64,000 bases of DNA from Bacteroidia bacterium (GCA_041480425.1 JBGOZX010000002.1:10694-74693); one strand, 5' to 3'. Shown: positions 20,094-28,105, counted from the stretch's first letter. The notes: generated from the sequence alone by a model not told the origin. Numbers and translations are program-made.

Positions 20094-20573
20094 TCAATTA
20101 TTCCTTACCGTAAGGTATCTGCCGTCAAAATATGTTCTGTAATTCTTAAGCGGATATTTTCCAACTCCTGAAACAGGAGTTCCATACGCTGAGAGAGCAT
20201 ATGAGGTGCTGCATTTCGGACATAAAGCCTGTGTAAAATCAATATTTACCTTAATGCTTAATCCGTTCACGGTGTAGTCATATGGGCACGTGCGATCGTA
20301 TGCATTGAATTCATCAGGTAATGATCTGTAGACAATTATTCCATTATTATCATATCCGGCTGCACTGGAACCCCAGTTATTTGTTTTGGAAGTCACAATT
20401 ACATGATTTCCAATCGCGGAAAGGTCAGTAAACTCGCTGTCATAAATAATATCCATAGTGAAATTCACATAGACATCAGGAATTACATCATTCTTCTCAT
20501 TTTTACATGAACTCAAAGCGACAGTAAATGCAACTACAATTAAAAAAATTATTATTTTTGAACCTGACCACAT
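20094..20573 (-). CDS. Hypothetical lipoprotein, possibly a degenerate Rieske-like fold
   Basis: Lipobox ALSSCKN. The C-terminal half has CPY-x20-CPKC spacing reminiscent of a Rieske domain, but the His ligands are missing. Confidence 0.55.
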   Translation of the reverse strand: MWSGSKIIIFLIVVAFTVALSSCKNEKNDVIPDVYVNFTMDIIYDSEFTDLSAIGNHVIVTSKTNNWGSSAAGYDNNGIIVYRSLPDEFNAYDRTCPYDYTVNGLSIKVNIDFTQALCPKCSTSYALSAYGTPVSGVGKYPLKNYRTYFDGRYLTVRNN

Positions 20574-20591
20574 ATTTACAAAATATCAATA

Positions 20592-20599
20592 CAAAATTA
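20592..20599 (-). promoter_or_regulatory. Candidate -7 box (TAATTTTG on the minus strand)
   Basis: The plus strand reads CAAAATTA, 18 nt upstream of the lipoprotein ATG at 20573. Confidence 0.3.
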
Positions 20600-20655
20600 A
20601 TATTCCCATCTTAAAATTAACGGCATTAGAAAATATTTATTGTAATTACAAGAAT

Positions 20656-21048
20656 ATGAATAATTTGTCGATAAAGAGGCTTTTTGTTTTTTTTCTGATC
20701 TTTTCGTTTGTGTGTTCTGTAGGCGAGGCTCAGGATTTTAAAAAAAGTTTTAGAAATCCCGAAAGGGAAGTGTTTGGAAAATCGCTGAATAATAAAAAGG
20801 AGGTAAAGATCAGGGAACCGCGCAGTGTTACCAAAGCAAAAAGGAAACAGGAAGCCAATGATAAAAAGCTGAAAAAAGAATATGCTGCTTTTGTAAGGAA
20901 ATCCAGAAAACACAATATAGAGATTCAAACGCCTGAGGTACAGGCAAGGATGAAAGAAAACAGGAAAGATGCTGATTCCAGATATAAAGCAAAAAAGAAA
21001 AAAACCTCGGAAAGTACAAAAAAAGCAGGCATAAAATACAGGAAATAG
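20656..21048 (+). CDS. Small secreted, lysine-rich basic protein (hypothetical)
   Basis: Signal peptide (LFVFFLIFSFVCSVGEAQ) followed by a highly basic low-complexity body. I prefer it over the overlapping minus-strand ORFs, which lack any motif. Confidence 0.5.
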   Translation: MNNLSIKRLFVFFLIFSFVCSVGEAQDFKKSFRNPEREVFGKSLNNKKEVKIREPRSVTKAKRKQEANDKKLKKEYAAFVRKSRKHNIEIQTPEVQARMKENRKDADSRYKAKKKKTSESTKKAGIKYRK

Positions 21049-21121
21049 TAAATTGCAGAGTATAAATACTTGTATAATACCTGTTCTCAGATTTTTTTTT
21101 GGTAATTATTTAAAGATTTAT

Positions 21122-21129
21122 TATATTTG
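21122..21129 (+). promoter_or_regulatory. Candidate -7 box TATATTTG upstream of greA
   Basis: Exact TAnnTTTG match, 61 nt upstream of the greA ATG. Confidence 0.4.
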
Positions 21130-21140
21130 TTATTGAAGAG

Positions 21141-21172
21141 TTCCGGGAATCCCGGAATTCTTCTTATTTTTT
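21141..21172 (+). terminator. Hairpin (TTCCGGG-aat-CCCGGAA) plus T-rich tract in the greA leader; candidate attenuator or upstream-gene terminator
   Basis: 7-bp perfect stem (21141-21147 with 21151-21157) followed by TTCTTCTTATTTTTT. Confidence 0.45.
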
Positions 21173-21189
21173 AACTGAAGGAGAGGAAA

Positions 21190-21663
21190 ATGTCAGATGT
21201 TATATACATAACAGAGGAGGGTTTACAAAAGCTCAAGGAAGAACTTGATAACCTTAGAAAGGTTGAGAGACCTTTAATATCAAGGCAGATAGCTGATGCC
21301 AGGGATAAGGGCGATCTTTCCGAAAATGCTGAATATGCTGCGGCAAAGGAATCACAGGGAATGCTTGAGATGAAAATTTCACGGCTTGAGGATATTGTTG
21401 CCCGTTCTAGGATAATTGATGAAACAAAGATTGATACTTCAACAGTCAGATTACTTAACAAGGTAAAAATCAGGAATAAGACAAATAACATTGTCATGGA
21501 ATATCAGCTTGTTCCGGAAAGTGAAGCTAATTTTAAATTAGGGAAAATTGCTATAAGTTCACCTATTGCGATGGGTCTGGTTGGAAAGAAAGTGGGAGAT
21601 ACAGTTCAGATTAAAGTTCCCTCAGGTGTTATTCCTTTTGAGATTATCTCTATATCACTGTAG
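21190..21663 (+). CDS. greA: Transcription elongation factor GreA
   Basis: ITEEGLQKLKEELDNL...RQIADARDKGDLSENAEYAAAKE is the GreA coiled-coil signature. Length is 157 aa. Confidence 0.9.
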   Translation: MSDVIYITEEGLQKLKEELDNLRKVERPLISRQIADARDKGDLSENAEYAAAKESQGMLEMKISRLEDIVARSRIIDETKIDTSTVRLLNKVKIRNKTNNIVMEYQLVPESEANFKLGKIAISSPIAMGLVGKKVGDTVQIKVPSGVIPFEIISISL

Positions 21664-21681
21664 CTACTGAATATACAATGC

Positions 21682-22080
21682 ATGGCAACAATTTTCACAA
21701 AGATCATCAACGGTGAGATTCCCTCCTACAAGATCGCTGAGGATGACAGATACTTTGCATTTCTCGACATAAATCCCTTAAAAGCAGGTCATACCCTGGT
21801 TGTGCCGAAAACCGAAACCGATTATATTTTTGACCTGAGTGATGATCAGCTTTCAGGGATTATTCTTTTTTCCAAAAAAGTTGCTAAGGCTATTAAAAGC
21901 GCATTCCCCTGTAACCGCGTAGGTTTTGCCGTAATTGGCCTTGAGGTACCCCATGCACATATACATCTTGTTCCGATGGATACTATGGAGGATATAAACT
22001 TTAAAAACCCGAAACTTAAATTTACACCTGACGAGTTTAACAGTATCTCAAAAAAGATCAGAGAAAAGATAGAACTTTAA
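21682..22080 (+). CDS. HIT family (histidine triad) protein
   Basis: IFTKIINGEIPSYKI N-terminus and the histidine triad HAHIHLVP. Confidence 0.85.
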   Translation: MATIFTKIINGEIPSYKIAEDDRYFAFLDINPLKAGHTLVVPKTETDYIFDLSDDQLSGIILFSKKVAKAIKSAFPCNRVGFAVIGLEVPHAHIHLVPMDTMEDINFKNPKLKFTPDEFNSISKKIREKIEL

Positions 22081-22137
22081 TATTATCTGCAGGATTGTCC
22101 AATACTGTTAATTCCCATTTTAATAGACTTTGTGCGC

Positions 22138-22171
22138 CTTTGTGATCCCGATAGCTATCGGGATCACAAAG
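22138..22171. repeat. Perfect 34-bp palindrome CTTTGTGATCCCGATAG|CTATCGGGATCACAAAG
   Basis: I checked all 17 base pairs by hand and found no mismatch and no spacer. It sits in the HIT-comF intergenic region. Confidence 0.9.
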
Positions 22172-22237
22172 TACCCCAAAGGCTGTTAAATTATAACGAC
22201 ATTTTATATCTTTATAGAAATAATTCTGCATCGCTGC

Positions 22238-22939
22238 GTGAGTTACCTTTATGATTTGTGGGACGATTTTATCAGTCTTCTCTTTCCACGGCTTTGTTAT
22301 GGTTGTGGTAATCATTTGCTTAGAAATGAGACACTTATCTGTACAGAGTGTTATGTTATTATACCCCGGACCAACTATCATCTAACAGCTGATAATCCGG
22401 TGGCACAACTATTTTGGGGAAGATGCATTATTGAAAAAGCTGCTGCATTCTCATTTTATGCCAGGGGAAGCAGGATAAGGAAGCTTATACATCAGCTTAA
22501 ATACAATGGCATAAGAGAAATCGGCTTTGAACTTGGTAAAATTTACGCTTTGTCTCTCAAGTCATCAGGATTTTTGGAAGGAGTAAGTCTTATTGTTCCT
22601 GTGCCTTTACATCCTTCAAAAAAGCGAAAACGCGGCTTTAACCAGAGCGAATGTATCTCAGAAGGCATTTCTAAAGTTACAGGATTCCCCGTTGATGTCA
22701 TCTCACTTTCCAGAATTACTGTTACCGCTACTCAGACTAGGAAGTCACGTTATGAGCGATGGACCAATGTTGAAGGTATTTTTAAAGTTAATAATCCGGA
22801 AAAACTAACAGGCAGACATATCCTGCTTGTAGATGATGTGATAACTACAGGATCGACAATAGAATCATGTGCAAACGAGATACTTAAAATTGAAGGTGCT
22901 AAAGTAAGTGTCGTCGCTCTGGCCTTTGCAGTGATCTGA
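22238..22939 (+). CDS. ComF family protein (phosphoribosyltransferase domain)
   Basis: N-terminal double CxxC (CYGCGN...CTEC) and the PRTase loop ILLVDDVITTGSTI. It has a GTG start, and the exact start is uncertain. Confidence 0.8.
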   Translation: MSYLYDLWDDFISLLFPRLCYGCGNHLLRNETLICTECYVIIPRTNYHLTADNPVAQLFWGRCIIEKAAAFSFYARGSRIRKLIHQLKYNGIREIGFELGKIYALSLKSSGFLEGVSLIVPVPLHPSKKRKRGFNQSECISEGISKVTGFPVDVISLSRITVTATQTRKSRYERWTNVEGIFKVNNPEKLTGRHILLVDDVITTGSTIESCANEILKIEGAKVSVVALAFAVI

Positions 22940-22944
22940 TATTA

Positions 22945-23511
22945 TTAATCCTTTTTAACCCTTTTAGGATTCTTGTTCATGAAATCTTTCCAGCTGTTAT
23001 AGCTTTTCTCCTGCACAGGATTGTTGGTCTGGTAAAAGTGGCATAAGGCTGCAGCCAGACCATCAGTGGCATCCAGTTTTATTTCGAGTTTACTGAATTT
23101 CAGGATGTGCATAAGCATTGAGGCAACCTGTTCTTTTGATGCTGCCCCTCGTCCCGTAATTGACATTTTGATCTTCCTTGGGGCATATTCGAATATGGGA
23201 AGCGAACGTGTTAATGCAGCCGCTATTGCTGCTCCCTGTGCCCGGCCCAGTTTTAACATCGACTGAACGTTTTTCCCATAGAATGGAGCTTCAATAGCCA
23301 GCTCATCGGGATGATATTCATCTATTATTCCGATTGTGCGGTCAAATATATGCTTAAGCTTAAGATAGTGATCACCAAATTTTGAAAGATCAATTGCCCC
23401 GATAGTAATAAGTTCGGGATTTGTACCTACAGTTTTTATTACACCATATCCGGTAATATTGGTACCCGGGTCGATACCCAGGATAATCCGTTCTAAAGGT
23501 TTTTCCTTCAA
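22945..23511 (-). CDS. ruvC: Crossover junction endodeoxyribonuclease RuvC
   Basis: ILGIDPGTNITGYGVI N-terminus and RNase H-like fold motifs. Length is 188 aa. Confidence 0.9.
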   Translation of the reverse strand: MKEKPLERIILGIDPGTNITGYGVIKTVGTNPELITIGAIDLSKFGDHYLKLKHIFDRTIGIIDEYHPDELAIEAPFYGKNVQSMLKLGRAQGAAIAAALTRSLPIFEYAPRKIKMSITGRGAASKEQVASMLMHILKFSKLEIKLDATDGLAAALCHFYQTNNPVQEKSYNSWKDFMNKNPKRVKKD

Positions 23512-23532
23512 TAGACTTTATCTGTTAATAAT

Positions 23533-24828
23533 TTAATTTTTTATTATAAAAGCATTATTCAGCTTTTCAGGCTTTTCAGAAAACCGTGTTGAAGGTTGAA
23601 AAACATACGCCCCTTTTGATGAGACACTTCCATGCTCAAGATAATAAATAGCTTCCTTCAGGCAAGACTCATTTCTGTCATTCCAATCACGGGAAATATC
23701 ATCCGGGACATATTTTTCAGGAACAATTCCCTCATAAAATTCACCCTGATTAGCCGAATTCACTACTGAAAATGTTATTGGCCAGAACATGTAGTTGGTT
23801 TTATATTGAACTAATTCCATCCCAACAGGCTTCCCGTCTGTCGTGTCCCCAATAGATATGACATTAAGATGGGGTTTTAATCCATTGATCAGATCTTCAC
23901 TGGCAGAGGCGGTTGCTCTGGTGTTAATTGTAATTAATTTTGTAAGATTCAGAGGATATGATACCGTATTGAAATTAATTGTTTGATTATTTGCGGTATT
24001 TTTGTCATTATTAATTAATTTAAGAAAAGGCATATTAAATTTTGCTGCTCCTGCAATATAACTTGCCAAATTTGTAAGAACATTAAAAGCACCACCTCCG
24101 TTATATCTTAAATCGACAATAAGATCTTTAATGTTATTCTGCTTAAAAAATGCAAATGCAGTCTCCAATTCCAGGTTTGATGGTGTAATAAACTGATCAA
24201 AAACAAGATGTCCTGTTATTCCCGATTTCAGATGCAAAGTATCATAAAGAATAACTGTATTTAAAAGAAAAGAGGATTTTGTGGATGTAATTGTGGAATC
24301 TCTGCCATCGGGGATCTGAAAAAGAAATATATTGGTTATACCTGCCTGGGCCGGACCAATTAACTGAGTATAAGCAGTATTATCTCTGGCAATAAATATT
24401 GGTGCCAGATCAGTCCCGTTGAGCTTTTTTACAATCCATCCCCTGCGGACTCCTTTAGCGTACATAGGTGAGTTATTAAAAATCTGGGCAATTCTGACGG
24501 TTTTTTTTGTCGAATCAAGACCCATACTGATTCCATGTCCAACAAAACTTCCCTTGGAATAAGCTAAATATTCATCGTAGGTTTGCACAAAACTCCATTT
24601 GTCAAGAGTTTTATATTTCATTGCATCCAAAAGTTCATATGGATCCTTATAATCCTCTTTAACTACAACTGGCATAAGTTTATACCAGAGATAATAGGTA
24701 TTCATGGCACTATACAGATAATCTCTTGCCAGTTCATCCACTGTAGGTGCAACCACAGGGAGATCGTCTTTTTTGCATGAAGAAAAGAATACAAGGAATA
24801 TTATCGGTAAGAATAAAAGCTTTTTCAT
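23533..24828 (-). CDS. S41 family peptidase lipoprotein
   Basis: Lipobox FFSSCKKD. S41 motifs DLRYNGGG, TASASE (catalytic Ser) and GDTTDGKP (catalytic Lys). Confidence 0.8.
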   Translation of the reverse strand: MKKLLFLPIIFLVFFSSCKKDDLPVVAPTVDELARDYLYSAMNTYYLWYKLMPVVVKEDYKDPYELLDAMKYKTLDKWSFVQTYDEYLAYSKGSFVGHGISMGLDSTKKTVRIAQIFNNSPMYAKGVRRGWIVKKLNGTDLAPIFIARDNTAYTQLIGPAQAGITNIFLFQIPDGRDSTITSTKSSFLLNTVILYDTLHLKSGITGHLVFDQFITPSNLELETAFAFFKQNNIKDLIVDLRYNGGGAFNVLTNLASYIAGAAKFNMPFLKLINNDKNTANNQTINFNTVSYPLNLTKLITINTRATASASEDLINGLKPHLNVISIGDTTDGKPVGMELVQYKTNYMFWPITFSVVNSANQGEFYEGIVPEKYVPDDISRDWNDRNESCLKEAIYYLEHGSVSSKGAYVFQPSTRFSEKPEKLNNAFIIKN

Positions 24829-24865
24829 ATTTCAAATAATATCATAATGTTATATAACAATTAAT

Positions 24866-25750
24866 TCATGGTTTTGATCTCTTGTTTTGAATAAAAATTC
24901 CTGAAATTATCAGCAATAATCCTGCCGGAGTTGTAATATAAACGGGTTCGTGAAGAATAAAGTGTACAAAAATGAGAGAAAGAAAGGGGGCTAGATAAAC
25001 AAGATTACTTACCTTGTCGGTAGTTGTCGACAATTGAAGAGCTTTTAACCAGAAAAAGAATGTTATCCCCATCTCAAAAATCCCGACATAGATTGAAGCA
25101 ACAGCCCCTTTTAGGCCTATCATGCCCGGCCATTTTCCCGTAATAATAATAGCAACAATCAGGTAAGCAGAGCCGAACAGAAAATTTAAGAACAGTTTAA
25201 CGGCTTCATCTCTTTTGTCTTTAACATTCAAAATAAAGTAGAATGCCCAGAAAACAGAGCTGCCTGTGGCTAGCAAAACACCTTTAATATTTGAATGTCC
25301 GGGATTAAAAAGCTCTCCCTGTGAAGAGATTACATATACTCCTGCGAAGCTGATGAAGAGGGCCATGAAACTTTTCCCTTCTATTTTCTGTTTTAATATT
25401 GGAACAGAGAGAAAAACAAGTATTATCGGCCATATCATATTGAGAGGCTGGGCAACCTGGGCAGGAAGCAGCTGGTATGCTTTCAGCAGTATAAGATAAT
25501 AAATAAAGGGATTGACAAATCCCAGGATGGCAGAGTTAAGAAAATCCCTGCCTGTGCTTATTCGGATGAGCTCCGTCTTTCCGGTTGAAAGAATAATTAC
25601 AAATAATATAAACGTTGATGTAATTGAAGCTATAGTAAGCATCGGGAGGATTGCCAGTTCACCAAGACTGATTTTAAAAGCTGTGGGAACTGTTGACCAG
25701 AAAAATATTGCCAATAAGGCATAGAGATATGATTGTCGGATCTTTTCCAT
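24866..25750 (-). CDS. EamA/DMT family transporter
   Basis: About 10 hydrophobic helices arranged as two EamA-like halves. Length is 294 aa. Confidence 0.8.
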   Translation of the reverse strand: MEKIRQSYLYALLAIFFWSTVPTAFKISLGELAILPMLTIASITSTFILFVIILSTGKTELIRISTGRDFLNSAILGFVNPFIYYLILLKAYQLLPAQVAQPLNMIWPIILVFLSVPILKQKIEGKSFMALFISFAGVYVISSQGELFNPGHSNIKGVLLATGSSVFWAFYFILNVKDKRDEAVKLFLNFLFGSAYLIVAIIITGKWPGMIGLKGAVASIYVGIFEMGITFFFWLKALQLSTTTDKVSNLVYLAPFLSLIFVHFILHEPVYITTPAGLLLIISGIFIQNKRSKP

Positions 25751-25758
25751 TTTTGTTT

Positions 25759-25793
25759 CGCCCCCATCCCCCCTTCAGGGGGGTTAGGGGGCG
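25759..25793. other. GC-only stem-loop (7 bp + 6 bp stems, TTCA loop) between serS and the EamA gene
   Basis: CGCCCCC-AT-CCCCCC-TTCA-GGGGGG-TTA-GGGGGCG. It has 13 G:C pairs in an otherwise AT-rich spacer. Confidence 0.8.
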
Positions 25794-25803
25794 GTTGATG
25801 GAT

Positions 25804-27078
25804 TTAATCTATCTTATCAAATCCGGTATAAGGACGGAGCACTTTAGGAACGATTATTCCCGAATCAGTCTGATTATTTTCAAGCAATGCTGCAACAATT
25901 CTGGGCAGAGCCAGGGCGCTTCCGTTAAGAGTATGGACAAGACGGGTCTGTTTGTCGCCTTTATCTTTAAATCTGCATTTCAGACGATTAGCCTGGAATG
26001 ATTCGAAATTGGAAACGGAACTCACCTCAAGCCATCTTTTCTGAGCAGCGGACCACACTTCGAAATCATATGTCAGAGCAGAAGTGAATGACATATCACC
26101 CCCGCAAAGCCTCAGGATCTGGTAAGGAAGCTCCAGCATGGAAACAAGATTTTCAACATGACTGACCATTTCCTCGAGTGATTTATAGGAATGATCGGGG
26201 TGAGCAATCCGGACAATTTCAACCTTATCAAACTGATGAAGCCGGTTAAGGCCCCTTACATGAGCTCCCCATGAACCGGCTTCTCTCCTGAAGCAGGGAG
26301 TATAGGCAATATTTTTAACCGGAAGCTGATCTCCATTCAGAATAACATCCCTGTAAATATTGGTTACAGGAACCTCAGCAGTGGGAATCAGGTAAAAATT
26401 ATCGAGGACCACATGATACATTTGTCCCTCTTTATCAGGTAATTGGCCTGTCCCAAAACCAGAATCCTCATTAACCACTATTGGAGGCATCACCTCCATG
26501 TAACCTGCTTTTACTCCTTCATCAAGGAAGAAGCTGATCAGCGCTCTTTCCAGCTTTGCACCTTTTCCTTTATATACCGGGAAACCTGCACCCGTAAGTT
26601 TTATACCAAGATCAAAATCAATTATATCATACTTTTTTATGAGGTCCCAATGAGGCAGAGCAGAATCAGGCAACACGGAAATCTTTCCACCCTCCCTTAC
26701 CTTTACATTGTCATCAGCTCCATGCCCAGGGGTTACTGATTCATGTGGCAGATTAGGCAGGCGTACGATCTCATTTTTTAACTCATTTTCTATTGGTATG
26801 AGCTTGTCGGACAGGGACTTGATTTCTTCTTTAATAGAATATGTTTTTTCCCGTGCAGATTCAGCTTCAACTTTTTTCCCATCCTTCATCAGAGAGCCTA
26901 TTTCTTTGGAAATCCGGTTCATTTCACCCTGCATCATGCCGGTTTTGGATTGAATCTCACGCCAGGATGAATCGAGCGAAAGGATTTTGTTGATAATAGG
27001 TTCTGCTTCAAAGTTTTTTACTTTGAGTCTTTCGATTATAAAATCTTTTTTTTCGCGGATGAGGTTAATTGTAAGCAT
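25804..27078 (-). CDS. serS: Seryl-tRNA synthetase
   Basis: N-terminal coiled-coil arm plus class II motifs (FRREAGS, GSALALPR). Length is 424 aa. Confidence 0.9.
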   Translation of the reverse strand: MLTINLIREKKDFIIERLKVKNFEAEPIINKILSLDSSWREIQSKTGMMQGEMNRISKEIGSLMKDGKKVEAESAREKTYSIKEEIKSLSDKLIPIENELKNEIVRLPNLPHESVTPGHGADDNVKVREGGKISVLPDSALPHWDLIKKYDIIDFDLGIKLTGAGFPVYKGKGAKLERALISFFLDEGVKAGYMEVMPPIVVNEDSGFGTGQLPDKEGQMYHVVLDNFYLIPTAEVPVTNIYRDVILNGDQLPVKNIAYTPCFRREAGSWGAHVRGLNRLHQFDKVEIVRIAHPDHSYKSLEEMVSHVENLVSMLELPYQILRLCGGDMSFTSALTYDFEVWSAAQKRWLEVSSVSNFESFQANRLKCRFKDKGDKQTRLVHTLNGSALALPRIVAALLENNQTDSGIIVPKVLRPYTGFDKID

Positions 27079-27090
27079 ATTCTATTTAGG

Positions 27091-27122
27091 GTTAATAAAA
27101 AAGCAGGCCTAAAAAGCCCGCT
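27091..27122 (-). terminator. Intrinsic-terminator-like hairpin, proximal copy (minus-strand RNA: AGCGGGC-loop-GCCUGCU then UUUUUUAUU)
   Basis: Stem 27102-27108 pairs with 27116-27122. The single non-Watson-Crick position is G:U only in the minus-strand transcript, and a U-run follows on that strand. Confidence 0.5.
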
Positions 27123-27124
27123 GT

Positions 27125-27182
27125 AAAAATATTAAAAAACTCCCGATAATACTTTCCTCATGCAGAAAAGAATTTCGGGAGT
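27125..27182 (-). terminator. Intrinsic-terminator-like hairpin, distal copy, downstream of rpmA
   Basis: 8-bp stem ACTCCCGA/TCGGGAGT (27139-27146 with 27175-27182), partly self-paired in the loop. It is followed on the minus strand by TTTTTTAATATTTTT. Confidence 0.5.
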
Positions 27183-27272
27183 CAGGATGTCTTAAAATAC
27201 CTGGTTATTCGATTACCGGTTTAGGATGTGTAATAATCAACTGAAATATTAATTAGTTATGTACAGGTTAAT

Positions 27273-27530
27273 CTATTTCACAGCCTTAACTGATACGTAT
27301 GTTTTATTATCTTTTTTTCTTTTAAACTCAACTTCTCCGTCGGTGAGTGCAAAAAGTGTATGGTCTCTTCCGATGCCGACATTAAGACCTGCATTATGTT
27401 TGGTTCCTCTCTGACGAACAAGGATGTTGCCTGCTTTGGCTACCTGACCGCCGAAGAGTTTCACTCCCAGCCGTTTGCTTTCAGAATCGCGACCATTACG
27501 TGAACTACCTGCTCCTTTCTTGTGTGCCAT
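27273..27530 (-). CDS. rpmA: 50S ribosomal protein L27
   Basis: [24 protein letters not shown] is the canonical L27 N-terminus. Confidence 0.95.
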   Translation of the reverse strand: MAHKKGAGSSRNGRDSESKRLGVKLFGGQVAKAGNILVRQRGTKHNAGLNVGIGRDHTLFALTDGEVEFKRKKDNKTYVSVKAVK

Positions 27531-27565
27531 AATTTTATATTTTAGTCTTCTAACTTATTCTACTA

Positions 27566-28105
27566 TTATTCTTTCCCTTTTGAAGTTTTTCTGGCTGCCG
27601 GTTTCTTTTCAGCTGTTTTTTTTGCGGCCGGTTTTTTAGCGGGTACTTCCTCTTTAACCTCTTTCTTTCCTGCCGGTTTTTTTGCGCCAGCCTTCTTCTG
27701 TGTTGCTTTCTTCTCCACAACAGGTTCTTCTGCAACTTTAGTTTTGGATACCTTCGACTCCTCTTTTTTCGGGGTGGCTTTCCGGGATTCGCCTTTTTCG
27801 CCGATACTTATTATTTCTATTTGAGTAAAGTTTTGACGATGACCATTCTTAATCCGATAACCCTTTTTCCTTTTCTTCTTAAATATTATTACTTTGTCAC
27901 CTCTTACGCGGTCAATTACCTTGCCTTCAACAATGAAATCCTTAATTGTTGGTTCACCGATAATTACTTTATCGTTGTCTTCAATTAAAAGAACCTTATC
28001 AAATACAACTTCACTCCCCTCCTCAGCTTCAAGACGGTGAACAAAAATCTTTTTACCTTCTTCTACTTTAAATTGCTGACCTGCAATTTCAACGATTGCG
28101 TACAT
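27566..28105 (-). CDS. rplU: 50S ribosomal protein L21 with a ~75-aa K/A/P/E-rich C-terminal extension
   Basis: MYAIVEIAGQQFKVEEGKKIFV is the L21 core. A low-complexity basic tail follows the ~104-aa core. Confidence 0.9.
   Translation of the reverse strand: MYAIVEIAGQQFKVEEGKKIFVHRLEAEEGSEVVFDKVLLIEDNDKVIIGEPTIKDFIVEGKVIDRVRGDKVIIFKKKRKKGYRIKNGHRQNFTQIEIISIGEKGESRKATPKKEESKVSKTKVAEEPVVEKKATQKKAGAKKPAGKKEVKEEVPAKKPAAKKTAEKKPAARKTSKGKE

Noticed and set aside
20626-20928. Minus-strand 100-aa ORF competing with the plus-strand gene at 20656-21048.
   Set aside because: The plus-strand product has a clean signal peptide and a coherent basic domain. The minus-strand product is a low-complexity mirror of the lysine codon runs.
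22058-22381. 107-aa minus-strand ORF spanning the HIT-comF spacer.
   Set aside because: It reads straight through the 34-bp palindrome and overlaps the comF 5' end. It has no motif and no promoter box, so it is probably spurious.
27079-27272. T-box leader upstream of serS.
   Set aside because: There is no 14-nt T-box sequence, no specifier-loop architecture and no stem I features. T-boxes are also not expected in Bacteroidota. I keep the region only as an unexplained tandem-terminator finding.
27550-27735. 61-aa ORF rich in K, R and Q that overlaps the end of rplU.
   Set aside because: It is the same strand read in a different frame across the repetitive K/A/P tail coding region of L21, so it is an artefact of the repeat.
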